64,000 nucleotides of DNA from the human T2T-CHM13v2.0 reference genome, Homo sapiens. The notes under the pieces are model-generated. The model searched no databases. It saw only the letters and a list, made by a program, of their open reading frames with translations, and had not been told where the DNA came from. A program made the position numbers and the translations under genes. The stretch lies in the NCBI RefSeq assembly GCF_009914755.1, contig NC_060927.1; one strand, written 5' to 3'. Position 1 is the stretch's first letter. Every line of letters starts with the position of its first letter. Positions 1 through 14,029 of this stretch are shown piece by piece.

Positions 1-3000
1 TATAAATACCAGTTAAATCAGTGAATGGTTAAGTGAATGTTATTCTTTGTGTCATTTTTCCTTGTTGCACTTCCCTTATTGAAATTTTAAAAAAGAAGTA
101 TTCTTTGTTTTCTCAGTAAACATGGAAATATACTTTGACTTTCCTTAATGACTCAGAATTTTGCAGTGCCTCATTAAGTATGAGTAATGTTAATTAACAC
201 TACAAAATTAATAACCAGGCAATTATCAGGTAAAATAGGAGGAATTAAAACTGATCCTCATTGATCTTAGCTTGTCACCCTTTTTACTTTTGACTGATTC
301 TTTGATTTCAGCTTGTTTTCTTGTTCTTTATCTCATTCTCATAAAGGAAAGAAGAATGTGCAATTCTTTGGCCTCCTAAACTAAATTTAACACCATTGCC
401 TTTCTACAAAATTGATGAGTGAATCTAAGGATTAATCCGTCTTCTCCCAAATTATTTTCCAACCTATATTATAATCTTTTTTTTACCATTTATATCAGTC
501 TCCTTTGAATTCTCAGTAGCTTTCAAAATATCTTTTATTATCTGAGTATTACCAACAACTTATTTAAATATGGATGTTTCATTTAATTCTTCTGTATCTT
601 TTTTTAAATCAGTTAATAATTTCCTCCATTTTAAAAATTAATGCTAGGCTAGTATATTAGAAACCCGTAATCTTTAAAGTAGTAAACAGAATGTCAGGGA
701 TGAATTTTTCTAAGCTTTTTTAAAATTAAATTTTAACAGAATTCTAAAAGAAAATAATATTTTAAAAAGATGATCCTTTATAATTGTGTACTATAATCAG
801 GTGATGGAAATTTCTTTTAAGGAAATGTATCATATTCTAAGTAAGAGTGAGGTCCACAGTTTGAATCAATGAAGCAATAGCGGCCAATAGGAAAATTATT
901 TTTAAAATCATGTGTTTGCCCTGCTTCCTGAAGGTGAACACAACACTTGCCTGACAGTAAAATAGAGTTGTTATTTTCAGATAGGCACATACTTCTAAAG
1001 TGACCTCTTATGATTCGTATAGTCATACAGAGACTGCTCAATTAAAAAGATAGAGGAGAGTGACATCTATGCATAAGCTTGTACCTTCTTATCAAAAGGT
1101 TTACGTGTAACACTTGAAAACTATTGGGGAAATATTTTTCATCATTAAAAATACGTTTTAAAGAGAACCCCTACACATAAATGTACACATTCTGTCCTTG
1201 TTTCGCCAAATCTGTAGACATTAGGATTTAGCTTGACCCTACCCAAGGATTGTCTTTTTATTAAATCAGAACATTTCAGTTCATGAGTGGTGTTAACACT
1301 GTTCAACATATTCAGTAATTAGAACAGGAGAAATTCTACAAAATTGTTCAGTGGCTCTGCAGTCAGCTGTTAGATTTTCACAACCATACATTTAGCAATT
1401 TGATAACATGTCAGACTTAAAATGCCAAACTGATCTTACCAACAGTGCACATGCCTCAATCAATTGCATTTACTCAAAAACCTTTTTTAGATTATTTATG
1501 AGACATTGGCCCAGAGACAGGAGTTAAAAACACTCATATAAAATATGGTTTGTTTGTTCTAACATTGCTCTAGAGGTATAAGACAGTATTTAATGGCTAT
1601 ACTTTGTTCATAAATGGTGAAGAATTTAGACCGGTTCATTTTCAGTCTTGACAGTCCACAAGATAAACTAAAATTGGAAAATTTCACCAAGGCTTACTTC
1701 TTATGCCCATTTTTAAAAATAATTATATGTGTTTGTGTCATATTTTAAGACTTATTTCGTTTTGCTAGATTACTTCTCTGTCTTTCACAACCAGAAGCCA
1801 ATGTAATAATGATGTGCATGCAAGTAGTTTTAACTTAGAAGGCACTACATAAATGTGTGATGTGTGTAGCTGTGGTGCTGGTGGTGTTGGTATGCAATCA
1901 TTTCGTAAAGTTGCTTGCAAAAATATGTTTATCTCCTATTGGTTGAGTGTACAAGTGACTGGATAATACTTTTGATAAGAAAAACTCTCAACTAAAAAAA
2001 CAAACAAAAAAACAACAAAAGAAAAACAGAGTGCTTGGGTCTTCTCCTTCTTAGCTCTCTGCCTTTATAACAGCTATCTTTATCCTCTGCAGCAGCATCA
2101 CAGCTTGCTTTCTCCTCATTTTTCTCATTTTACCTCATCTCAAAATACTTCTTCTATCCTCACGCTATGCATCTTCCAGATTCTCTTTTTCTCTTTTTTC
2201 TACAGTCTTTCTTCTCAATATTCCCCCTGCAATTTCCCAAGTATGTTCCTTGGAGAAGTTACATTTCCAAGATTTGGTATTTGCCTCACATATAGGGCTA
2301 AATCTTTCATTTACATTCAGAAGATGGTTTTATGTGATTGTCTTTTTCTAAGGAAAGGAATGCTAAACTTTCCCTCCTTCTAATCCTTTCAATAAGGATC
2401 CTTCTTTACATTTGTATAGTAAATTTAACTTTCCAAAGGGCTTAAACAAACACACTTGATCTCATTTGATATTTACTGACACTGCCTAGTGGTAGGTAGA
2501 ATTCTTTAATCTCCAGGAGTCTCTCTTCTCTCCAGTAAAAGCAGATTTATTAAAATAATAATAATTGGTCACAGGACCTCACATACACATTTTTTAAAAT
2601 TTTCGAATAATATATAAATAATAATGAACTGCTATATTAACTTACTATAAACTATACTAATATATTATAAATGTAAAATATATAAAAATAGGAATAAAAA
2701 TGAGTGAGATACAAAATACACAGGGTTTCTAATAATTTCTTCAAGTTCTCAGTGCATAATCTTTGGATCCTCTTTGAGACCACGGCATAATCTTCTAGGG
2801 CTTTAGTAACTGCACTTGGACACCTTCTAAGAGTGCTGGTTACCTGGAGGAGGTTGAGGGAGAGCTGGGATAGGACTTCTTTGCTGCTACACCAGCATAA
2901 CTTCCAGGTTTCTAACTCTGGCTCCCTTTTCCTTGGCCTGGGTCCTCAACCTACGTGAGGCTTAGAGGGGAGAAAGCCAATTAGTGTGTATCTATGCCTT

Positions 3001-5465
3001 GAGGATAAAGAAGGAGAACCTAATCCTAAGACCTAAAGTCTAAGGCAGCATTTCCTTTGGGAGATTTAGACTTCAGCTAAGTGCTTTTCCTTGAGTGTTT
3101 GTTGATGAGGTAGAGGTGCAGGCAGAGATAGAGCATCACCTGGGAAAGGATGCAGCTGATTAACATTCTGGGCATGTAAAACAGTTTGTGCACAATTAAC
3201 TTTTCTAAAATATATCCTAAGCTTTCAAATTATATTTTGCAAAGTGTAATTCTATCCTATTACCCTTAGCCACATACACCTTGGTATCACAGTACTGTAA
3301 ATTATTCCTTTGCCTCCTTAGTGTTTACAACTTTCTGATATAGCACTCGTAGATAGTGATCATGCATATTCCTTCCTAGTTATCACAGTAAAACTAGGGC
3401 TATTTTATTCTTCTAATCTTTCCTCATGCACCCTAAAGTTCTTTAATCATTTTTGTTGTTGGTTTCTTCTTTCATTTCCAGTTATCAGCATCTTTCTGAT
3501 CGTGGGGCATTCAAACCTAGAAGGGGGATGCCAGATTGCAGCTCACCTTACCTTATAAATAGGAGCTATAGGGTACAGGTTTCCTGTTCCATAATAGCAT
3601 GTGTCTGTTGGGCCAGTGCTCTTATGCATTTTTATTATCTTGGCATCACATTGAATTATCAGCATGTCACCTCGCTATTTAGAAAGCTGTCATCTGATGC
3701 TCTCTTCTTCATAGCATTCTTCCACTTTAGCTCCATCTTTCTCATATCTTTGAATTCCATTTTCTTTTTCAGTTTTGCTTTGTTGAAAGTTATCTGTATT
3801 TTAAACAATTTTCTGATTAAAAAACAATTATTTATCTAGGAAATTAGCACAGTGTCCTGCATCCCATCTTTCTGAAGACTAAGTTCTTCAAAAAAATTCT
3901 TAGCCAACTAAAAGCAGATTCACAAAATGTGGCTGATCTTGGAAATCTTTCCAAAATGCTCTTAGATCATTCTCTTTTTCACTTGAATGTGTGTTATTCT
4001 CTATGTGACAGGTGTGTATGTGTGTGTATTATTGATATGTTATGCACATATATGTTATTATAATATAAAATATATACATTATATATTAATGCAATATATT
4101 AATAAATTCTGATATATATAATTACATATATATATCTGCATTCACATCTTTTTCTAAATTAAAGTAAGAGACCAGTTGAGCAAGGGTTTTTATACTTTAT
4201 GTGGCTGATCTCTATAGCACAAGAATAATTTATGTAATAATTAATAAATCACTTCCCTATTGAGCCTAATGGAGCCCCTTCTTTACCATTTTGTTTTCAT
4301 TTTTCCAACCCAAATTTGGATCGAAATATTCATATTTTCTTTGCTATTTTAGGACCTTTTTACCTAAATGCAATGACTATTGTATTAAAAAGAAAAGACA
4401 TTCCAGCCTCTCCTCCATTCCCTATGTGAATGAAGTTAATTGTTACTACCTGTTGTGCCTGTTGCTGTTATTAACTTGGTGATATTGAATCTGGAATTTC
4501 ATTTTAAATATCAAGGAATTGGAAATTGTGAAACAATAGATCCTAGACTGTGATGTGAGAACATTTTAGTCTTCTTGGGTGGTAAGGTTTCTAGGTATTA
4601 TGGGATATGTGACACAAATGCTGATAAATTTCTTCTCTGACTCCATATTGAGGTCTTAAATCCTCCCATAAATGCATCTTTTTCTGTTGATATTTTGTCC
4701 ACTTTTGACTGTATAAGATGCCCAAGCCCTGTCTGGGATTCTAGGCTTTTGGGCTGTAGGCATGTGACTCTATTCACTTTGGTGTTCTCTGTAGGTATCA
4801 GATACGCAGCAAGCACTTATGGGTGTACGTGAAACAGAGCCTCTAAAACTCAGTTAGACTATTGTATCAGGGAAGCTATCATTGCACAGAAAAGAATGCA
4901 ATAAATTTCAGGTCATAAATCATTCAGCATATCTTGATAGAGGAGCAAGGAAAAAGTTGAAGGGGATATCATGTGCTTGAAAGGACAGACAGAAGGAGGG
5001 AAAGGACATTTACAAGGGAAATATGAAATCAACAAAATCAAAGCAAGCCACATAACTTGCAATTTTCTGCACTTGGAAAGCTCTTCTTGGTTCCTCATGT
5101 GGCAGGTGAAGGGATTGAGGACTTCAGATACATTCATAGAAACTGTTTTCCTGAGTGCTCAGTGAGAAGAAGGTTAAAAAATCTTAATTTTTCGGCTCTT
5201 AAAGCAAAGCTTTTATTTCTATGGGTTGAGCTCTGTGACTCTACCTACTTTCCCTGGGGAAGCCTGTCTGCTCTCTAATGGTCAAAGGGAATATAACACT
5301 ATAAAAGAGAATGACAAAAAAATGTTAGCGTGGGACCACTTGTTTAATTTACGAATAACAAACACAACAAAGAATGTAATCAGGACAAAAATAGGAAGGT
5401 GATCATAATGAACTATGTCTGCTCTCAACCGCAGGAACTGATTAACCTACCATAAAAAAGGATGG

Positions 5466-5963
<498 letters not shown>

Positions 5964-6785
5964 TTAATGGTTATATCCACTAATATCACTTGTATTAATC
6001 TTCATAGAAAAATGTATTCTCTGTGTTGCATCCTTTGACTTCTAAGAATATATGGTAGCATAGTTTTAAGGCCAAGAGTTTTGCTAAAAGTCTCGGGGAG
6101 TCATCTATGGCTTCTTTACTTAGAGGAGAAAGGTACACACGTAACTGCTTACAAGACTGAGAACTGAGAGTGGAGAAAAGTACAGAACATCTCCTAGAGG
6201 CTTCGTCTGAAAGTGATATTGTGCTGCTTCCAAACAGGATGGCAATAAAACAAGTCTGCCTGCACTTGGTTGTTACCACAGGCCTGGCATATTTAAGGGT
6301 TAAGGGAAATATCACCTTTTAGTATTATGTTGTCTAGTAGGTCAGCAGAATCTAATTAGGTGTACTAGCTCATCAAATTAAAGACAGTATATTCTGGTAT
6401 CTCCCTGGTCTCTTACTCAATTTCTAGGTGAACCCTAAAAATGTACTCTTCTGAGATAAAGAGATAAAAAAGCTCTCCCTCTGTTCTTCTTCCAGATTAC
6501 ATTCTTAATCTGGACTTTATTTTGTTCCAAGTTGGAGGGTTATCTGGAATTGCTTGACTGCCAAACTTAGGCAAAGAAGTAGCCTTATGATGTTTCCCAT
6601 ATGCTAGTAAGAGGCGGCTTCCAAGACATTGAGTCATGGCTTCAGCACAGCCTCATCAATTGCTGCATTTCACCTTCTGAGGCCAGACTCTCTGAGAGGC
6701 TTATGGGCGCTTAAGGGGCATTGTGTAGTGTTTCTGCTTTACTGTGACTGTCAAAAAATAAGAGAGTTAAGGGATAGAGAGTTAG

Positions 6786-7090
<305 letters not shown>

Positions 7091-7100
7091 GGAAAAAAAA

Positions 7101-7398
7101 AAGAGTTTTCATAGAGTTCTGCCTAATCTCTAGCAGCACCTTCCTTCCCTGAGGTCTGTGGGTGGAGCTGAACATTCCAACCTTAGAATCATTTGGTTTT
7201 TCCTGTGAGCAGCCTCGTCCTGAGGCTCTCTAGAGGCTCCTTCCTAAGTCACCTCATCAGCATAAACTCAAGAATGATCAAAAGGGACGTGTTATGAATA
7301 ACAAAATACATTCCAATTACCCAGCGATTTTGAAGGGTTTTAGGAGCTCAGTGCCAGGAATGGGGACAAAGACCTAATATATTCTTCTTATGTCACAA
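7101..7398 (-). mobile_element. LTR fragment, MER21-like
   Basis: Ends ...GGGTTTTAGGAGCTCAGTGCCAGGAATGGGGACAAAGACCTAATATATTCTTCTTATGTCACA, resembling a MER21 terminus as I recall it. Confidence 0.65.
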
Positions 7399-9124
7399 CA
7401 TGAAAAAGCATATGCTGAAGAATATGAAGCTGTGGGATCTGCTCTTCCTGAGAAAGGGTCACTTAGAGAGAGGCTAAGGTTCATGCTGGAATTGTTTTTA
7501 ATTGGGAGCTTGGCGCTTGTTTGAAGTAGGTATGGTTTGTGAGAGACTGGATTACTATTAAGCTCAATGTGGGACTGCATTTGGTGTGTTCTATCATAGC
7601 AGATTTACATCTATCTTTTTGACAATGTAGTAACTTTTCAAATCCACACATTGACGGTTCATAGCCTGCCATCTGCTCTCGTATCCGAAGAAATTCGATA
7701 GCGTATACCCTGCCAGAACATGACTTCAGTTTATATGTCCTGCTGCTCTGGCCATAAGAATCTAAATACTCGTTCCAGGATGATGAAGTTGTTGGGAAGG
7801 GCAATTTCTTTCCCCAACGCCTTGTCTCACACTAATGGCATAACAGCAGTCCCAAGAGGTGGTATATCATCCTCCCCACCTGTGAAAAGAAATGATTAGA
7901 TTGAACAGGGTTAATCTAATTGTGGTTAATCTTTGGGACTCAAATACAGGCTTCCTGAAATGTTTCTTTGTTGAAATATCAAGATCCCATTAGGATTCTT
8001 TAGTCAACTTAGAATGATGGCAGTTGTCTTCCCTAATCCTCTTGACCTGGACTAGTCCAATAACATCAGTTGTGCTCTCATCTCAAAACATAAGGCAGAG
8101 TAACAAAAGACATTATTTGGATCTTATTCATTTTCATTTGTTTTTATCTTTAGTTTAAAAAGTTGTGGGGTTTTTTTTTCCCCTTCAATAACTATTAGTG
8201 AGAATGGGGGAGGAAAGATTTGTCTCTTGACTTTTTTTTAACAGAAGGGAAGTACTTTATTTTCTCCCCTTGAGAATTTGCTGACTATTTTGTCCCCAGG
8301 GTCACAATTACTTAAAACTTCATACTTAAGCATTAACACCCCTTTCTGTTGCTAGCCCACCTCTTCCCTCCCTTTCTTCCCCACACAAGGGGAAACTGCA
8401 GAGAAATACTACTTAATTATCACACCACGTAACTAATTAAAAGCAGGATGCTTGTGTATGGTATGCTAATGAGCTATTAGAGATCTAGCATGCTTTAGTG
8501 ACAAGACATGGGTTCCTATTCTACTCTTCACCTGGCTGTGGATTTCTAGTTGACAGTTAATGATGATGAGATGGGAATTTATTATGCTGCTTGCAAGCCA
8601 AGAACTTTGAGAGAGGGCAGAAAGGTCAAGTAACAGAATCACTCAGAGGAAACAACACCTGAGCTGAAACCAAGAGACAAAAGGAATGTATTTGATTTAC
8701 AGGAGACCACAGAGAATATGGAATCCATAGCAGAGGGTGTTCAATAAATAGGGAACTTTTATTATTATTTCTGGTAGGCCCAGTGATGGGAGATGAGCAT
8801 ATTGGAGGAGAACTATTGATCAGCTACTTGTACGTATGCCTTATGTCCAGATTTGAGTATATTAGTTTAGAAGTCACCAAAGACAGCCTGAAAAGATTGG
8901 CATTTCATGCAGAAACAGAGGCAAGGGCAAGCACACAAGTGTATAGAGAGGTAAAAAAGATGATACAGGAAGAGAGGAAAAATGAAAAAGATTAGTTATA
9001 TAATATATATGATTAGTCTGTGAGAAAAAATATTACAAAGCGTAAACAGGAATGTTAGCAAGAGGCAAAAACACAGCAACACTAATACTAACAATAATAA
9101 TAGTAAACACTAACAATATTAATA

Positions 9125-9300
9125 ACCAACACTTACTGGAGTGTTCCTTTTCTGTGTGGCAGGCACCTGCCAACTGCTTTGCACTTTACATGTGTCAACT
9201 CATTGACTCTTTATGACATCTCATCCTACAGGGCAATGTGATAAGATCAATGCAGGTATTTCTAACTACTATCCCAAAGCAGGGATTCAAAACTAAGATC
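9125..9300 (-). mobile_element. MIR fragment
   Basis: AACACTTACTGGAGTG...GTGGCAGGCACCTG...CACTTTACATGTGTCAACTCATT, degenerate MIR; boundaries approximate. Confidence 0.55.
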
Positions 9301-9929
9301 TCGTGAAACAGAGCAGGAAAAGTAGACTCCCACTGTATACACTGAGCTGGAATGCAAGGCAGATGTTACATTTTTTTTTGAAGTTGGCGCCACTTGCATC
9401 CAGAATATAAGAGATGCTCATTTAAGAGGAAATAAAAATGAACAATGGAATGTTAGAAATGTAAGTGAACTTTGAACAGATCCATCCCTTTCTGTGAAAA
9501 AAGAAGCTGATGACATGCATTTTGGATCTATTACTTAACTTGAAGTATGGAATGAATTTTGCAGCAACAGAATCAGCATAGCAAGGAATTTTATGTTGCT
9601 GTTTCCCCAGTGCATTTGTACAATGTTTCCTGTTGTACTTCTGCTGGTGCTGCCTTTACATCAGGAAGAACTATACTCCCTTTTCCCTGGAGTCTTAGTA
9701 TCAATGAATTGACAGGAGGAAAGCAGCAGTCAGGATGTATAGAGAAGTTTCTTACTTGCCAAGGGGAGAAGACAGTATGCAGGCCCTATCTCTGTCCCTC
9801 TGAGAATCCTAGATTTAAGCTGGCAAAAAAAAAAAAACTGTCACTGGAGCAGCCACAACCTCAGTGAACTGCTCATTAGTTTAAGACCCTCTGTTCTGAC
9901 GCCATCCTCTGTTCGTCTGTTTTTTAGAC

Positions 9930-10362
9930 ATATGAAAGGTACTCTCCGCCTGCAGCAGAGACTGACAGTATTCTCCCCAATATTTCTTCTACCTATCTAT
10001 CTTCCTCTGTGGGAAGGAATGTATTAATGGGTGAGCGATGAGCCAAGCTAAAATCCTCCAGTTTATAGTCTCCCTTGCTGATGGAATGACCAATGAGATG
10101 TAAGTAAAAGTCAATGGAGAGAGTCTCAAGGGAGGAATGGAGTGTAATGACTGGAGCACCAAACTCTTCCTTGCACCAGGAGGATGAAAGCAACACATTC
10201 AAGATGGCAAAGTTAAATGATATGCCAGGGCAATTCTGATATAATTTCTGCTCTGGACATCTCTTCTGGGCTATTTTACATTAAAGAAAAATAAAAACCC
10301 TAACTTGTTAAAGCCACTTTATTTGACCTTTCTGTAATATGCAACTAAATCTAATCCTAACA
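9930..10362 (+). mobile_element. MaLR LTR relic (MLT1-like)
   Basis: 3' end AAAATAAAAACCCTAACTTGTTAAAGCCACTTTATTTGACCTTTCTGTAATATGCAACTAAATCTAATCCTAACA typical of old MLT1. Confidence 0.65.
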
Positions 10363-10953
10363 CATCCTTTTTCCAGTTTCTTTGTACTATTCCTAAACTA
10401 TTAGGAGTGGCCATTAAAAAAAAAATGTGTGTGTGTAGTAGGCAAGATGCAACCATTCCTTCTTACTTTGTTTATAAAGGGAAGTCTTTTTGATAAGTAG
10501 AGTGGTCATGTACACCACAAATGCTCCTCTGCCTGGCCAACCCAAATGCCTTTTATTTGCTATAATGGAAATATAAGGCATAAATCCATACCCTATCCTT
10601 CATGTAAGGCACAATTTAAATTTTTTGCATCTTCTTTCTTTCTCAGCTGTATCTGAGGCATGGACGGGGGATGGGGGAAGACAACCAGCTCTTTATATGC
10701 TGCTGTTTCCAGATGTGAATCTGCAGGCTCATGCCATTTCTTTAACATCCTTAGAGCACTGTAACTGGTGGGGATATGAGAAAGAACTATCACTTTTTGG
10801 TGAACTTGGCAAACATAGAGTCTCTCCCCCTTTGGTTAGACCTCAATAATTTCTGTGTGTTTTAAGATTTCCAAAGTGTTTTTGATTAAACAATTTTTTT
10901 CTATTTTTCTTTCTTTCTTTCTTTAAAAATTTTACTCTTATAATTTTAAAGTA

Positions 10954-10997
10954 TATAATTTGTTGCTCATTTGTTGCTTATAATTTGTTGCTCATTT
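10954..10997. repeat. Short tandem duplication
   Basis: TATAATTTGTTGCTCATTTGTTGCTTATAATTTGTTGCTCATTT (three ATTTGTTGCT copies). Confidence 0.85.
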
Positions 10998-11830
10998 AAA
11001 AAAATATTATTATTCTCTTGTAGGATGAAGGACAGCTTGGTAAGAGGGCAGGGATTTTCATGGAGAATAGAAATGGAACTAACTTTTTTGGGGATTTGAA
11101 CAGTCGGTGAAATAGCAGTCCAACCAGATTAAAGAATCTAGGTAACATCATGTCACTCAGTGGGCCCAGGTGCCACACTGACCCTGTTAGTGATCAAGTA
11201 ATTATTTCTCTGGCAGGGGCTAGAGAAGCCCTTCTGTTGGGTGGTCCTGACAACTCAGAAAGCTGCTGTATAGAATAGTAGTCCACCCATTCCTTTTTCA
11301 TCATCACCTCTGTTCATCCCCTCCCACACACCAAGCACAAAACGCTTTAATTACTCTCTCAATTATGGCTTCAAGGGAACATGATGAAGAGATAAGTGAA
11401 AGAATTTAATAGCAAGTGAGTTTGAATTTCAGCATTTTTATGTATAAGCCTTGTGATAATAAGCAAGATTTGAAATGTCTGCAAGCCTGTTTCCTCATTT
11501 ATATAATGCTAATGGCAATCTCTCTTATTAAATGTTAAATAAAATATGCAACACACATATTATATACCCTGTTCACATTTACAATCTGTCCTGCTTATGA
11601 AAGCATTTAAGAGAGTACTCACAGTTGGATCTCTGGCATCCTACACATTGCTTGGTACACAGTGCTCAACAAATATTTGCTCAAGTTTGAATACTACATA
11701 ATGATCTGTTGAATGAATGATGCTAAACCTAATGGCACTGCTGTGAGTGCTGGCTGAATTTTCTTTACGTAATTCTGTTCTGTATTCAAGCTAACATTGG
11801 GCTTATTTCATTGTACAGCAGCCATATAAA

Positions 11831-11966
11831 TAAGTGACCATATAATTTATCATCCAAACCAGGACGCTTCTGAGAGTGAAGAGGGGCACTACTAATAATT
11901 ACTGTAGGACAACTAGTATAAATTTGGACTGTCCTGAGCAAATGGGGACATATATGTGATCACCTT
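11831..11966. mobile_element. hAT-Blackjack MITE, MER94-like
   Basis: About 135 bp, GTGACCATATAATTTATCATCCAAACCAGGAC...GGGACATATATGTGATCACC with imperfect terminal inverted repeats. Confidence 0.75.
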
Positions 11967-13074
11967 ACTGAAAGGCACATGGTTCTTTGTTTGATCAATT
12001 GATCAAGATCACAAATGAATTTGTGCTTATGTACACACAGGTTCAATTCTCTCACAGTTTAAACCAAAGAAACTGCCCAAACATTGTATAAGCATACCTT
12101 ATATTGTACAATGAATTTGTACCTAAACAACTGTGTTTACTGGACTTCTAATAAATGAATGTGTGTCTACACGCCCATGGGGGCATTCTATTTAAAGATT
12201 CTTCAAGCTAAACCATTTTTAACATGACAAATTTTTCTAAAATTCTAATCATCAACCCTACCTCCCACCTGCAATCCTGTTACCCAATTTACTTGCCTTA
12301 TTCATAAAATAAAATGTTATTTTCTTTGGTTTTATTTTGTGTTTTCCAAAGCAATATACATTTTAGGTCAGATTTTTATATGAAACATGTCCTCATAAGT
12401 ATGTCATTGGTCAATTAGTCACCGCAGACCCTTTTAGTCACAGGAAATTTTCACTGTGATGATAAACGGAAATGATAAAAGACTGCTGCTGTACAACAGG
12501 AAAAGTCAATTCCCCTTCCAGTTAACACTCCATTTATCTGGATGACCACAGAGTTAACATCCTTCTGCCCAGTACAACTCAAGCAGGGTTGTCTGGAATT
12601 CAGGTTGCAGTGTCAAATGGACCCTGAAGCTTCTTTACTTCATTTGACAACAATTGTGATTGTTTTAGCAGTTGAGTTTGCAGAATGACTTCAGTAATAC
12701 CAAAGATGGGTCTGAGGCCATCAGCAGTAGCCTCGGACCTTCAGCCACCAATAAGGACTAATAATAAAATGAAACATTGGTTATGTTGATCTCAATTAGG
12801 TCCAAGATAATGTATTCCTAGAAACACCAGGGCACTACAATTGCTGGAGCCTGGACAACTGTGAACTGCCCAGGGGGCCTTAATGTTTAATGTTGGAGGG
12901 TTCAGGAAATCTTTCAGCTGTAACTTTTCTAAGGGCTCCCTGTTTATCCTGTACAAGCTGCAAACACAGAATGTCACTTTATAGAAAAAGTTCAAAGTAA
13001 ACCCAGGTTCTGCGAACAAAACCAAATATCCCACTTGAATAATTATATACAATAAGCAGTAAAAAAATACTGTA

Positions 13075-13215
13075 ACTTAAGTCAGAAAATGCAGTTCAGG
13101 CTGTGTTAGTCACTAGCTCTGAGATCTCAACAAAGCTTGCTTACTTCTCCAGATTTCAATTACTTCGTATGTAAAATTAAGGGATTGGAACAGATAGAGT
13201 ACAGATTCTTTTCAT
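13075..13215 (+). mobile_element. MIR fragment
   Basis: CACTAGCTCTGAGATCTCAACAAAGCTTGCTTACTTCTCCAGATTTCAATTACTTCGTATGTAAAAT, MIR core-like. Confidence 0.6.
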
Positions 13216-13495
13216 AAGTAACATGCTAGAAGTGAGTCCTTAGACCTTTAAAAAGGTAGAAATATAGGGTTAGGTAAATACACATTAGATAATGATGTTG
13301 CCATGGTTCCACTCTAAAGAGTTGATGGCCAAGAAGGAAATTAATTCAAGACTTAAGACAATAAAAAACAGAATTCAGCTATTTCATATGCAACAGCTTA
13401 TTTTTAGTATAAAAATACAAGGTATCATGCTACCATTACTGTAATACTTTTTTCAATTTAAAAATAACTGTCTGGTAAATAAGTTAATTATACTC

Positions 13496-14029
13496 ATTGG
13501 ATTACTCTACCCACAGAACAGTAATGAAAGTCCAGCTTCTCTTGTAGACTAACTACAACTTGGCACACTATCCCTCAGCAAATTGTATTTTATGCTTTGT
13601 CCACAAAGTAGATTATATTTCTGTGGTGTAAGATGGGATGAGAGAAATAACACTCCAAGGAGTTAAATATCTTCCTTAAGATTGCTAGAACTTGATATAA
13701 TACTCCCAGGTTCTATCACTCCCAGTTAGTTTGTTTCAAATTTTAGATTTCTTTGGTGGAAGAATCAAAATAACAAAACTGGATTTTGTTAATAAACAGT
13801 TGGGGCCACATGCTTTAGGAATATTGAGCAAAAACATTCTACTCTACTAACAGTAGAAAACAAATGGAAACTTTTTCCTTTAAACTTCCCATCTTATACC
13901 ACAGAAATATAATCGACTTTGTGGACAAGGCATAAAATGCAACGTGCTGACGGATAGTGTGCCAATTTGTAGTTAGTCTAAAAGAGAAGCTGCACTTTCA
14001 TTACTGTTCCGTGGGTACAGTAATCCAAT
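13496..14029. repeat. Long inverted repeat: 143-bp arms (13496-13638 and 13887-14029), 248-bp spacer
   Basis: Manual alignment of the left arm to the reverse complement of the right arm: 131/143 identical, no gaps. Confidence 0.95.

Noticed and set aside
3453-3839. 128-aa plus-strand ORF
   Set aside because: Non-ATG start, F/L/I/S-rich from T-rich composition, no recognisable domain or splice context
3927-4212. 13-bp direct repeat ATGTGGCTGATCT flanking an AT-rich tract
   Set aside because: Only two short copies and no element structure between them
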